In this document: piece after piece, positions 12,711 to 28,500 of the stretch
Position numbering within the stretch: the stretch's first letter is position 1
How the letters are laid out: every line of letters starts with the position of its first letter
Source of the DNA: the human T2T-CHM13v2.0 reference genome, Homo sapiens
Direction: 5' to 3' (one strand)
DNA length: 64,000 nt
Assembly (NCBI RefSeq): GCF_009914755.1
Contig: NC_060937.1
Translations under genes and position numbers: made by a program
Notes under the pieces: model-generated
The model's input: only the letters and a program-made list of their open reading frames with translations
Told to the model about the DNA's origin: nothing
The model's database searches: none

Positions 12711-13079
12711 TGTATTAGTCCATTTTCACACTGCTATAAAGAACTACCTGGGACTAGGTAATTTATAAAGAGAAGAGGTTTAATTGAATCACAGTTCTGC
12801 ATGGCTGGGGAGGTCTCAGGAAACTTACAATCAGGGTGGAAGGTGAAGGGGAAGCGGGCACCTTCTTCACAAGGCGGCAGGAGAGAGAGAGAGTGAGGAG
12901 GGAAGTGCCAAGAACTTTTAAACCATGAGATCTCCTGGGAGCTCACTCACTATTATGAGAAAATCACAGGGGAAACCACCCCCATGAGCCAATCATTTCC
13001 CACCAGGTCCCTCCCTCAATATGTAGGAATTGTAATTCAAGATGAGATTTGGGTGGGGACACAGAGCCAAACCATATCA
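12711..13079 (-). mobile_element. THE1D/MSTA-like MaLR solo LTR
   Basis: Runs from 'tgtattagtccattttcacactgctataaag' to 'cacagagccaaaccatatca'; perfect 5-bp TSD GTAAG (12706, 13080). Confidence 0.95.
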
Positions 13080-13209
13080 GTAAGGTTTTACACTTTGACG
13101 TGATTCATAGACAGACACTTTCCTGTATGAATGCTTAAGTAATTCCAACACAAGGAAGATTATGGCTACTGATTTAAGTAGAATATGGGTATGAGTATCA
13201 TGTATAGTG

Positions 13210-13520
13210 GTTCAGGAGGACAGGGATTCAGAGAGATTCCATAAAAAAAACTGGTGCACTTGTGGGGGTTGAAAGCATGGAACAATGTTGACAGAAATCA
13301 GTAAGAGAAAAGGTAATCCAGGTAGGCAAATGGCTGGAGCAAAAGCACAAATAGAAGGTTGCCTAAAATAATCAGCCAAGACTCATCTTTTCACCCTCCA
13401 CAGAAAAGAAAATCACACCAGGAAGATGACTAGATAAGGAAGAAATGGTATTTGATACTAAATTGTAGGGCTCTTGAACGACTAGCAAAGAGAGTTGAAA
13501 TTTATTGCTGACATTATAAA
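13210..13520 (-). mobile_element. L2 fragment
   Basis: 'ccaggtaggcaaatggctggagcaaaagcac' and 'gggctcttgaacgactagcaaagagagttgaaatttatt' resemble antisense L2. Confidence 0.4.
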
Positions 13521-13530
13521 TCTTTAGAGC

Positions 13531-13570
13531 TGTGTGTGTTTGTGTGTGTGTGTGTTGTTGTTGTTATTGC
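13531..13570. repeat. (TG)n/(TTG)n compound microsatellite
   Basis: tgtgtgtgtttgtgtgtgtgtgtgttgttgttgttattg. Confidence 0.9.
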
Positions 13571-15639
13571 TGTTTGTTGAGCTGGAGAATGTCCTGATTA
13601 AAACTATGTTTGGTAATAGCAATTTGATAAAGTTGAGAATGGTGGATATAAAACAAAGGAATTATCAAACAATTTCAAGTCAATTAGGGAAAAAATACTC
13701 AGAAAGAGCAAAACACTAACCAACGTAATCCCATCAACACTTACACGCATGCGAGGAAGGCTGGCTGCATTCAGCCTACAGAGCGCCCAAGGGGCCTGGT
13801 TAGGAGCTGCGAGAGTGAGCAGAACCATCAGGGGCGGGATGGGAATGATGGAGTGAAGGAAAATCCAAAGGGCCCAGAGGACGACGGTGGCAAGAACCAA
13901 TGGGAAGAACAAGACAGTGAGGCCTCCCGTCTGTGCTGGAAGGTGAGGCAGTGCCATCCTATTGCCGTGACACCAGCTCAAACCCTCCGCTCTTGTGAGC
14001 TGGCTCTGTGAGACCCAGCCTCCACCCACTTCAGACCAGGCACCTGACCTGACCATTGGGTCTTTGGTAACCTAACTCAGACTGTTGGCTGGTGATTATG
14101 TCTCCAATCCTTTTATTTGTACCTATCAATGTTCTCCATCTCTAGTTTCCAGTGTCATTAAAGAAGCACTGACATATTTGCTGGTCAGCTAAGGATGCTA
14201 TTCCATTTTCACTCAACCTGCATTCTACATAAATCCTTTAACTTCTCCCTACTTCCATTTTTTCATACTTGAGGGGACACGTTTGGACTGACATTCTTCA
14301 GATCTAAAATTCAATGGCTGTCTCCCTCATCTGTGAGGTGTTCTTTCTGTCCAGTAGCCTATGCCCTTTCTCTAATTTTCCCCAATGTGGTTTCAGCAAT
14401 TGAATTAAATCCTCCAAGATTAGAGGTACTGACTTGTACTTGTCCAATTGACCCAGACATTAAGGAAATACTTTGCCCATAGATTTTTAATCATAACAAT
14501 TTGTGGAATTAACACAGGAGACAAACATTGAGGAATAATTTTATATCTCTCTAACAGTATATAAAACTCTGTGCTAAAGAGAATTTTCTGCTGGCACTTT
14601 TACATCTAATTGGAGGATAAAAACTTCAATAGATAACTATTGACAATCAGGTGGCAAAAATTTTTTTAAAACTGAAAAGGTATAGTACTTAGAGATTTAC
14701 AAATATGCAATCCTTCTGAAGTGGGGTAGCATTTTATGTAATTTGACATAGTTCCTAAAGTATCAATACTAAAAAGCTAAGGAAATATCTGCCCTTTCTT
14801 CCTAATAGGAAGAAACATACTTTATTCAGTTTTATCCTCAAGATTCTTCTGGAATATAAAATTCTCAGGAGCTTTCTGAACTAAAGCCAGTCTTCACTGC
14901 ATCAGTCATTTTTTCATATTAACCTTTCTAATCACTGGGCAGTTTTGTTGTCAGAGGGACCATAAATATTATACGATGCAAATCAGCAAAAGCAAGGCGA
15001 TAGAAAATGTTTTGCTGACAATCACATGTTTTGGTAGGTCATATTGAAAGTAGGCCTGCAACGCAGGTATGAACCAGCTGTGCCTCTGTAGACTTGCTGA
15101 ACCATCACAGCTAAACCTTATATTTATAGAGCTCTTTATCCTGGGGAATACTGATCTACTGGGCTGCTCCCTGCCCTTCTCTTTTGCACTTGATATCACT
15201 TGAAAGCACTGAGAAAGCAAGATCATTCCCACTCCACAAATTGGGAAAATTAGGTAGAGAAGGACAAATTCACTCATCCTAGAAACTAATGCCTGATTTA
15301 CATCTATCAGTTTCCAGAACATGCACCAGCCTCTATCAAGCCCACCTTCACCTCTGGCTTCAGTTTCGCTCTTAAACTCTCAAGAGTTGCAGCGCCTTCT
15401 TCTTGCCCAAGGGCTACTTGTCACTTCTCGGTTCTGAACCCCTCAGTTTATCTCCTTAACTTAAATTGCTGAGCCCCAAAACCTCCTTCCAAGGCGTTTC
15501 TTCTCCACCACCATCGAAGAATAGTTTTCCTCAATTTTTTATCACGGTTATCTGCATGCCATCATAATGCTGATGTGAGTAGAAACCCCTCTATTTCAAC
15601 ATTTGAACATTTATCTTTTCTTCAGTGGGCATTCTAATG

Positions 15640-17033
<1,394 letters not shown>

Positions 17034-18269
17034 TCATTGCCATTCAATTCATATTTATTAATTTAATATTTTCAACTTCATAACACAAAAAGCTTTATGT
17101 AACCACTGAATTCTCAGTATATACAAAGTTTACTTTCCTTTTGTACCACCCTACCATTTATCCTTCCCTCAAACACTCACTTTCCTCAAATGATAACACT
17201 AAAAAAGTTTTATAATAAAATATTTTTCACATGGCAATGATGGCTTAAGTGAAAGCAAAGCAAATCCCTCAGCATTTTTTTACTCAAAATAGAGAAAAAG
17301 GGATCCAACTGTGTGATCAACCACTTAGAGAATTTGCATCAAATCCATTTTTATGCCTAATTGTTTTAATGATAAATTTACAAAAGGATGTATTCATCAA
17401 GAAATACCTTGAGAACACATATAAAACATAATTAGAATTTGAGCTTTTCTATTTCTTCAAAACCTTTTGCGGAGGGAGGTATCAAATTATCATTCTCTAG
17501 TGTTAAGAGCAATAAATAAAGGTAGCAGAAGGAATGATAATAGGACTATTATGAAGTCCACAGAGAGGAAGCCCCCATTGTTCACATTATAAGCAATAAA
17601 ATAAAACATCCACTGCTGGGTTTGATGTCTGCTAGACAAGGAATACAAGCTTACAGAATGGCTACTGATCCCTGTCCAGAACATATAGACAATTACCCTG
17701 AGATCTTTCTATTTGTTTTCCTTTCTGTGAAATGACAGCCAAGAGCTACGTGAAACATTCACCAGCATCATTGTAATATCCTAGAAAACCCAAAGGGAAC
17801 TAGGAATAACAAATCTGAAACACTTCAAAAGGAAGGAAATGTAATATGTGGAGCTATTCGTCGTTACTCAAATATACATATACACTACACTAGGTGAAGT
17901 ATTTGCCTCTAATTTTACAACGTACCTAGTTTAATGGAACAAAATTAACATTCCATTCTTCATGCAGTTCAAGGTCCTTTTACGCTGAGGTAAAGCCTGA
18001 GAAAAATACTTCATAAAGTACTGTTCCTATGTATGTAACTTGGGACATGCTAGTTAGCAAATATTTAGCAAACAAATCAGCGTATCTGCTGCTATGGGAG
18101 AGGCAAGAGCACATTCATTTGGTTTCCAGCTTCACGGAGTTTATCATCCAGTGGGAGGGACAAGGTGTGGACGGCAGAGGCACTGAGGGGCTTCCCTTGC
18201 TTTGATCGTAGCCCCGTTCTCTGTGGGACCTCCAGGGCGTGAAACGTGCCACGTCTCCAGACGCCTTGG

Positions 18270-19015
<746 letters not shown>

Positions 19016-19059
19016 ATGCATTTAATTTAAAAATTCATATAATAAAATTACCTACACAT

Positions 19060-19200
19060 TATCATAATTCTATGTGGGATCAAGATCATCATTCCTGATG
19101 TTTACAGAGGGAGAAACTGAGGCTGAGAGACCTCTAGTCATTTCTGGAAGGTTGTTTAATTAACAACTGGATTCTGAAAAGGTGATCTTTCCAACTTTCC
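19060..19200 (-). mobile_element. MIR fragment
   Basis: 'gtttacagagggagaaactgaggctgagaga' antisense MIR core. Confidence 0.7.
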
Positions 19201-19831
19201 ATGCCGATGTAAATGTCTTGGTCTAAAATATCTGGGTTCCTGAGTCTGGAGGGAGATGCAGTTTATAAGGCATGTGTGGTGAGAGTGAAATGAGACTGAC
19301 TTTGCCTTCAGGTGCCACATCCTGAGTCCTGGCACTGGGAGCTGGACTTGGAAAGATGGAGTGTGAAGAATGCACCCAGCTTCTATCCAGGTGAATCTCC
19401 AAGAAGCCTTAGGTTTCTCATCATCTGAAAAATGAAAATACTAACAGTGATGCACGGTGGGATGCTGGAGAACCTTGAGGAAGGCCAGCTTCCTTAATTC
19501 CACGCACCTTTATCTCAGATTAGGGCAATGCCCAAAGCCCATACGCCCAAAGCCATGACTGGAATGCTTATGACAGACTTCCTGCCCGGGGGTGTGGCTG
19601 TAGCAACACTCTGGCCATACAACCCAATACACCAAGGCTCGAAGGCACCAACCGCATCCTCGTCTGGACATAGAGCGAGGAGATACAACTTCAAATAGCA
19701 AACGTTTTCCACTTCAATTCCTCTAATGCTTGGGGAATCTTTATTTTAACATTTCCAGTTCTAGCTTTACCATCACTAAAGTGGTTAATGACAAGAAAAC
19801 TATTAATTATCTGGGCAATTGCTTACACTAC

Positions 19832-19957
19832 TGCCATGGACTGTATAATGAATAGCCACTAAATGGAAGAGGGGTGACATTTGGTGAAGTCCTGTGCCAT
19901 GGACTGTATAATGAATAGCCATTAAATGGAAGAGGGGTGACATTTGGTGAAGGCCTG
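19832..19957. repeat. 63-bp tandem duplication (2 copies, 2 mismatches)
   Basis: 'tgccatggactgtataatgaatagcca(c/t)taaatggaagaggggtgacatttggtgaag(t/g)cctg' at 19832 and 19895. Confidence 0.98.
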
Positions 19958-21129
19958 TTTCTTGATTGCTTCTACAAAAACTACATTTCTTTCTAAAAAA
20001 CAAATGGAAATGTTTATATGAAATTGTGAGGCTACTTGGTCATTGTCACAACTTCCAAACCCTAATATCTGAGGGCTTCTTAAAAGACCAGATAAGAAAC
20101 ATAAGAGTTAATATTGCTTTAGGTTGACCCATCTAAAATAACTTTCTCTCTCTTTTTTATTGAAATGAAATTCATCACTCAAAGTTTAATTAAAATCCTG
20201 CCTCCAATACGAGACCTTCCCTGACTACACCATATTAGCATCCTCGCTCTTGAACTTGTGTAACATTACTCATGTATAAGGCTAATTTGCATGATCAATT
20301 ATCACTTTGTTTAATCAGTGTCACTGTTGTCTAGACTCTAAGCTCCCTGAGGGCAGAATAATGTAGTCAGAGAAATCTGGCTCTTACGTGTATCCTCTTC
20401 ATCCCCTTCATCCTCATGCCTAATGAGATTTAAGGCAGGGACTCACTTCTCTTCTTGCTCTAGGTCTGCCCAAAGAAAGAAGGGATTTGGGCTCAAAGTT
20501 CTCTCTCTGTTTCTCTCCATTTCTCTGGAGCTATGAGCGTGATACACACATACACCTTCTGCTGAGCCACCTACCCTATGCCACATTGGAGGAAATTCTA
20601 ATTCTATGAGGTAGACTCTTGGGCCAGGCATTAGTAGTGGGTAGGATTGCTGCCTCATGGAAAAAAAACACTCTTCGATGAGGTTACTTTGGTAAGTGGC
20701 CAGATCTGTTGGCATTTTGCAGATGAGATCCACAGTAAGTGGGCGGAGTGTGGCCCCTCATCCCTAGCCTACCTTGATACCCTCTGCAGTTACATGGCTA
20801 AATGGAGTCTGACTTCAGGGAAAGACTAAGAAGCAAAAAGCCTTGCGTACCAGCTCTTAACTTTGCTGAATCATTAACCCAAATTGTTGAATTCAGCATT
20901 CACCAGATATCAGGGAGCATCAGGGGCTGGCCCCACTGTCTGGAAAGTCGCATTCCGCTTCACTCTCAGCTGTAGACATTTGTGTGCATGGCAAGCTCAG
21001 CAGGGATCTTCAGAGAACAGAAGGAACAAGGAGGAATTCCGATCCCAAAACCCACCCCAAATCACTGCAATCTTATATCTCATAAATATTATTCATAAGA
21101 AGATCTGTCCTAAAATAAGGAATATCAAA

Positions 21130-21362
21130 AAATAGCACATTCTCTAAATAGAACGGTGGCTGCTGGGGTCTGGGGAAGGTAGAAAGAGCAGCGATGCAGA
21201 GGTCCACAGGAACGGAGTTTCCGTCTCACAAGATGGAAAGTTCTGGAAATCTGCTGCACAGCACTGTCCCTGGAGTCAATGCTGCTGTGCTGCACACTCA
21301 AAAACGTGTTCAGAGGGTGGGTCTCATGTGATGCATTTTTTGCAGTAATAATAATAATAAAT
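21130..21362 (+). mobile_element. L1MA/L1MB-type 3' end fragment
   Basis: 'gaacggtggctgctgggg...caagatggaaagttctggaaatctgctgcacagc...gctgcacactcaaaaa...gagggtgggtctcatgtg' ending in (AAT)n. Confidence 0.7.
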
Positions 21363-22444
21363 AGCACACTTTCAACAAACGCATTTAGAGCTATTCATCT
21401 CCAGAGACTCCTCACCCACTGAGTTCCTTTTAAAGGGAGCTTCTGCTTTGTTTTCTGGTTTTGCCTTGTGTTTCCTCCCACTTGAGGAAGGACAGAATGT
21501 TTGACTGATAAACACTCGCCAATGCTTGAAGGTCAGATTCCACTACAATGATCTCTCCATGACTGTGAGCAAAGGCTTGTCCCTTGATGGGACACACACA
21601 TCTGCACATCCTGTTAAGGCTTCTGAACCACACACCACACTGGGATTGGGTGAGTGGGTCTTTCTCTCTCTGATGGTGCATTTCCACAATCCCAGCATCT
21701 GTCTCTCTGTCAGAAGTACAGGGAGTGAGGGCCACTGAGGCTGTCCGTATCCACACATGCACCTCCTAAATGAGATCCTTCGGCTTTAATGTAATTTGCA
21801 AATCATGTAACATAAGATATCTTGAAATTATTTTTATTTTGTATAACTTCTTTTATTTTTTAATAAACAGATGCTTGGGATTAGAAACCTTTTGCATAGA
21901 CTTTTTCTCTTGGTGCTCTATTACAGCACTCACTCTATTGCACCGTAGCTGGGATTGCAGAGTCATCTTCCTAGAAGTGAATTTCACGACCGAAGATGAT
22001 TTGACTCATTTCTGCATTTGTAGCCCTAGCAGAGCTCTGCGACAGACGAGGGGCACACATATTATTGGCAGAACAAAGATAAACCTCATGCTCCCTGCTG
22101 TGACCACCATATTATATAAACTGTGCACTATCTGATAATGCTGACTATTGAAGACCGATTCTCTTCTTCCTTCCTTTCACTCTTCCTCCTTCCTTTCTGA
22201 TGCTATCCCACATGCAACTTTGGAAATTCACCGAGCAAAGCACAAAACAGAAGGGGATGGATGAGCACTGATGGTGACAGATGTGATTCCAGGGACAGAG
22301 GGGTTCTGCAGACAAGGGTGGCTTTGCTTCTGGAAAGTGCTCATGAGTTAGAAACGTTCTGCTCTGAACAATAAAAGCATCTTATCTTTTCTATTTGAAG
22401 ACAGAGCTGTGCACACGATTACTGAGCTGTGTGCTGCAATGCAG

Positions 22445-22806
22445 TGTCTTAGTCTGTCCATGCTGCTGTAACAAAATATGACAGATGGGGAGATTGATAA
22501 GCAACAGGCATCTCTTTCTCATAGTTCTGGAGGCTGGGAGTCTAAGAGTCAGGCACAGTGAGGTTCGGCTGTGTGGTGAGGGCTGCTCTCTGCTTCTCAT
22601 TCCGGCCTTCAACATCGTGTCCTCGCAGGGAGAAGGCAAGAGGGCAGAAGGAGAAGAGCTCCCTCAGTGAAGCCCTCTATCAGGGTACCTAATCCCTGTC
22701 ACAAGGAGGAGCCCTCATAGCCTAATCACAACCTAAAGGCGCCACGTTTTAATACCATCACATTGGCAACACCTGAATTTGAGAGGGGACACATTCAAAT
22801 CTAACG
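22445..22806 (-). mobile_element. MSTC/MSTD or MLT1A-like MaLR solo LTR
   Basis: 'tgtcttagtctg...tgctgctgtaacaaaata...ctcatagttctggaggctgggagtctaag...taataccatcacattggc...gaggggacacattcaa'. Confidence 0.85.
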
Positions 22807-22827
22807 TGGGCGCATTTAATTATTTAG

Positions 22828-23232
<405 letters not shown>

Positions 23233-23726
23233 TGAGCTATATGCCACAGAAATACTTTGTTTTACATTTCTTACCCTCCCTTTCTTCTTCTCACCAGGAA
23301 TACTCTTCCTGTGATAGGGTCGCTGTGTTGCCCCTCAGCCCAGGCCAGCCAACCTTGGCTGTTTAGTCAAAGAACCCCACGCCATTCCACACCACAGAAC
23401 CGATGTGGCCAATCAAAGCCTGACCGCCTGACCAAGGACTTTCCTACCAAAGCTGTCAGTAAACACTGACCAACTTTACAGGCAATACTAAACTAGCAGT
23501 GAGTTAAGAATTCTTGGCTTCCCACCTGCCAAGAAGCTCTTTATCTGCCCATCCTAGCTGCCATGATGCTAATTCATGCAACTATTCTCTCTGCCTACTT
23601 TACTCAACTGTTTTCACCTTGTCTCTTGGACCCGTAATTGATTTTTCTGCTTCCTCATGTATGCTTGCTCTGGTCTGTTTTCTACTCAGCTGTCAGAGTC
23701 TAGCTTCTAAAGTACAAAGATGATCA

Positions 23727-24052
23727 TAGTCATCCATCAGTATTTTCAGAAGATTGATTCCAGGATCTCCCTTGGATACCAAAATCTGAGGATACTCACG
23801 TCCCTGATATAAAATCTCATAGTATTGGTATATGGCCAATGAACATCCTTCCATACACTTTAAATCACTTCTAGATTACTTATAATCCTAATACAACATA
23901 AATGCTATGTGAATAGCTGTCATACTGTATTGCTTAGGAAATAATAACAAGAAAAAGTCTGTACATGTTCAGTACAGTTGCAATTTTTTTCTGAATATTT
24001 TCTATCCGGTTGGTTGAATCCGTAGATGTGGAACTCACAAAAGAGCTGACTA
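23727..24052. mobile_element. MER2/MER2B (TcMar-Tigger non-autonomous DNA transposon)
   Basis: 'gattgattccagga...ataccaaaatc...ctttaaatcacttctagattacttataatcctaatacaacataaatgctatg...ggttgaatccgtagatgtggaac' with AGTC/GACT termini. Confidence 0.88.
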
Positions 24053-24249
24053 TATTTATTATTTTGCTGGAAATATTTAAGTGACTCATGCTAAAGCACC
24101 AACTCCTTTAAAATGGTTTGTAAAATGCATCATAATCCTGTTCACATCCCCATCTCCTGCCTAGTACCACTTTAATCTTCCTTTTTTACTGTTTTCCAGC
24201 CATGCTGAGCTACCTGCAGATTTTGGAAGATAGTGCTCTTTTTTGTCTC

Positions 24250-24490
24250 TTTGTAAGAGACAAGAAATTACCCTTTCCTTCCTCTTCCTGTCAGCATTTC
24301 TCTGCCCAGCTTCCTCTGATGTGTTCCCGTGATGCTCTGTGTGCCCCTTCTCTAACATTTATATCTCACTGCAGTGTAAATGACAATTTTCTTGTTTTTC
24401 TTGTCTATCTGTCTCTCGGAGGCAGAGACGTCATAACATGTGCAGAAACAACTCCAAGACCATGCGCAGGTGCCCTGTAGCTGCCATGAT
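24250..24490 (+). mobile_element. L2 3' fragment
   Basis: 'gttcccgtgatgctctgtgtgcccct...catttatatctcactgcagtgtaaatgac...ggaggcagagac'. Confidence 0.45.
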
Positions 24491-25461
24491 TAATTCCAGA
24501 GGGAAAGGCTGGATGAGAACTTGCAGCTTGAAGAATGAAGATGTAACCTCAGGAGTGCTAACATGTGTGTTCAGGTAGGAAAAGAAGACTGAGCAAAATA
24601 AATGGAGAACATTGTCCAAGAGACAGATAGGAAAAAAGGCATTCGAGTCATGTAGACAGAGGGAGGACATGGTGTCAGCATTAGGGACTGTCTCAAGCAG
24701 GATTAGCAGATGCTTGCTCACCCACCTCCAGGTCCGGAAACTTCGGGTTGGGAAGAGTCTATAGGATCCACTTCCATGAAAAGTTTCAATGCAACAGTGG
24801 ATTGGCAAGTTGGATGTGGTGGATTGTGGAAAGTAAAATGGAGAGTCAGACGGGAGGATGAAAGAAGAGAGGGAGGAAAGGGGAAGAATGCCCCAGAGGA
24901 TTTTAAGTGTATGAATGATTTTCACAAATAGTTTCAATCACGTGGGAGGGCTAGAGGGCCAGCTGCACATAGTCAATGATTGGGAGTGGTGATGAAGGGA
25001 GAGTTGCTTTTGCACACACTTGGCCTTGAAGGGGAGGTCTGGAATAGCCTGGATGATGGCAAGGGGAGGAACACTGCTGCAGAGAGTATATTCCTATCTG
25101 GGAAAGAAAGAATGAGGGAAGAAGTAGAATGGGAGATGAAACACGAAAGGCCATAATCAGCGGGAGGAAAAGAGAGATCGGGTAACCTGACATCTTGACC
25201 TTACTTAGCTTGTAGAGAAGGCCATCTGTTGAGAGTTATTGGGGCTTGGGTGGAGAACCTGAGGAATGGGGAAACATTTGGTGTGTCCTCTTGTGAGGAC
25301 ACCGATAGGGAGTCCTCAGATGCTCAGGGCTCTGCCTCATGAGTCTCGGTCCTTGACGCAGTGTGTGTGTGAAGCAAATTTACACAATCCAGTCAGACAA
25401 ACCTCATCGTGCACACCAAGACTTCCCAAAGATCTAAAAAATAAACTATTTTATACAAAGT

Positions 25462-25512
25462 TGCGTGTATGTGCATGTGTGTGTGTGCGTGTGTGCATGT
25501 GTGTGTGTGTAT
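25462..25512. repeat. Imperfect (TG)n alternating purine-pyrimidine tract
   Basis: tgcgtgtatgtgcatgtgtgtgtgtgcgtgtgtgcatgtgtgtgtgtgtat. Confidence 0.9.
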
Positions 25513-28500
25513 TGTAACAGGGCTTTGTAAGATAACCCCTCAAGCTTCCCATCCACCCCCTCCAAAAAAAAAAAAAAAGGCCCAAGGGAAAAGATTTATT
25601 TCATTGAAAATTTTGATAATTTTCAAATAAAATGATACTGATTAAAAACCTTTCTGCAATTCTAAATCCATCCAGGCACAAACATTTGCAATGAAAGGTT
25701 TTTCATGACTCTAATGCCTACCCTGAGAGACTTTTCTTTCTCTGAAATACGAGTTGTATCTCAGAAAAATACACAAGCTACCAAAGAAATCATCTGAGAA
25801 TTCTCTAGAAATCTCTTAAGCAAACATGTAGGTTAGGTCAAACCAGGCTGTGAGAGTTGGCCATAAAAATTGCTTTCCAGGGTCATTTTAAATACCTCCC
25901 TCCATGGGTACAAAACAAAATTGAGATGGTTGACTTAGATGTACATTTCTGGGCCTGTGACCTCATGTTTAAAAGATCTTTGTAAGTTTATTTTGCATGT
26001 GTAGAGTTTTAAAGCATTGACCATTATTGCTTTCGACTTCAAACCATTTTTACGAGCTCCATAAATGGAAGGTAATGATGTTTTTTAAAAAGGTGTTTTC
26101 ACTCTCTTGCATTTTCTCCAATGAAAAGCTAAGTACAGGAGTGTGTGTTTCTGTCACAACTACAACTGCCCTTCACCTCAGGACCTAATTTCCATTCCCT
26201 CAAAAGAATAAACACAAAAGGAATGCATCCAGCTTGTTGAAAGAGAATCTCTAGAGAGTCGTTTCCCATTTAGTTTGGAGCTCTCTTTTTTTCTCTGTCA
26301 CCAATGCAATGTTCCCTGCCTGCAACCCCATGCCATCTTTTGGAACAGGCCACATGGCTCTTGGAGAGTCTCAAAGATCTTTAAAAGTGACACAAGCTTT
26401 GGTCTCTCCCAAGAGAACAGAGGGTCTCTCGTCTGTGATAATTGGAGTCTCTCTCAGCCCAGGGCACAGGATTCACTTCCTGATCAGGGTCCTCACATGC
26501 CACACTTCTTGGCTGCAGAGGCTTCAGGAAGACTTATAAATATGCATTAGAATCGCATCCCTGCAGAGGGGCAAGCATAAATCCCCATACACTGACGCTA
26601 TGCAAAAAGTAAATCGCACAGCGCTTGCCTCAAGAACTAACTCTTTTCTCTTTTTCCCCTTAAAACAATTTAAGCTTTTTGTTTCAGAAAGCCAAGATTC
26701 TCTCTCTCTTTTTCAATTTGATTTTATAACCTTAAAATTTTCTCCCAGTGACAATGTTTGCTAGTCTACATCCTGTCAATGTTCTCCAAATTGCAGCTCA
26801 TTCACCTACATTCTTTTTACATCTTATCTACCATATTCATTTTAAAACAATATGCCACTGAGGGTTTTCTAGCATTATCACTTCCATATACCATTGCAAA
26901 TATCTGTCGAGGAAGCATTACAGAGGTTCTGGGGGTTGTAATGATAGAAGGACAGATCCTCCCTTTTCTCAAATGCAGATATAAAAGATAAATACAAGAT
27001 GATATTGCAGATTACATCTATGACAAAAAAGAGGGGATTAACCACAGGCCTTTCTCTTCCTTCTCCCAGATACCTGCCCCTCCCCAACTCTGCCATCTGT
27101 ACTGACTCCTGCACTGGGTTTCTTGATTAACAAAGCCCCACCTATTGATTCTGCTTTAATTCACCCACCCAAGCTCCCCTCCCTCTTCTTTCGCCCCCAG
27201 AAAACATGATTTCTAATAGTGATCCCTTTGTCTGCTGAGTTATGTCCTGAAAAAGCAGGTTCTCCCCTCATGGGGAAGGTTTCCAATGGCAGAGGGTTTC
27301 CAAAGTCCACTCAGGTTACAAATCAGAAGAAAAAAATCAGAGTTTAACTATTCAAATTTCTTTCAACAGTTTCTGAAACTGACATGAGAAAGCATTCAAC
27401 AAATATTTTATTTAGTGCCCCCAAAATAATAAAGCCTTCCCGCTGAATACTGGAGCTTATTAGCAAACATTGTACTTCACCATACAATCAGCATGTTATT
27501 AAAAAATTAATGCCTGTGAAATGAGTTTTTGATACAAAGCTGCATGGCTGTGACTTTTTTTTTGGTTTTTTAAAACATTAATATCCTCAATAATTCATCT
27601 TTTATTCCTTTAGCCTTACTAAATATTAAATGGGTTAAAGTTAAATATTTGAAAACTAAATACCAGCTCAAACCTCAGAGAGGGCACAGCCATGCCCCAG
27701 CTCTGAGGGTGCTGCCTCTTGCTAGCGTTTTGTCAAACATGGTAACTGGCACGCCTGCTGGCCCTGGGCTAGTCACTTTCTTCTCTTGGATATTACCTGC
27801 TGGACAATTGAGCTTTCTGCATGCACCTTGTCACCTCTGAGCTGCTAATGACATTACAAAGGGTTACCACAAAAATGAGAACCTCAAAACATAAGAGGAG
27901 GTGTGCACTGATTGGCTACCTAGGTCCACTGGGCTCAGAGAAAGGGAGAGCTAACAGTCATTGGCCATAGTCAGCACGGACAATCTGGCTGAGTTACCAG
28001 ACCACCCTCTGGCCTTTGTTCACTCACCCCCATCCCTGGTCACCATCACATTACCCCCAGTAATCTGGTTAAGTGAGGCAACAGCAGGGGCCCTTCTCTG
28101 CTGAATAATCTACATAATTTTATCTGAGTTGATCTGAGCCAAGAGACTTACATTCCTCTCTCGTTTGGCCCCTTGATAGCAGACGCCTTTTAATTATTAG
28201 GAGTATTGTTTCTACTAGACTGAGAAATTAATTTTATGATGCATGCTTGGGACATAACTTTCAGGGTAATATTCATCCAAGGGTTTCCATTGCAATTTAT
28301 CAACGTTGCTCATCTATCAGCGTGAGAATTTGTTAAGGTTGACAACAATTACTACACTACTGATGCTAAAAACAGACGAACTTCTTTTTCTTTGAAACAG
28401 TATTTGCATATGGACTGAGAGATGTGGTTACTTTGAAGTAAATAGCTTTCATTTTAAATGTCCACAATAAGAGCAACTCAGGAGTATTCTACAACGGCCT

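Noticed and set aside
19803-20003. ORF with a duplicated 21-aa motif
   Set aside because: Consequence of a 63-bp duplication being a multiple of 3; no ATG start, homology or splice support
24431-24937. 168-aa - strand ORF, the longest in the track
   Set aside because: Leu/Ser/Phe-rich translation of the pyrimidine-rich strand of a probable old L2-like region; no homology that I recognise
27040-27200. Two polypyrimidine-AG acceptor-like sites (ending at 27069 and 27200)
   Set aside because: No convincing downstream donor at exon distance, and such tracts are common by chance
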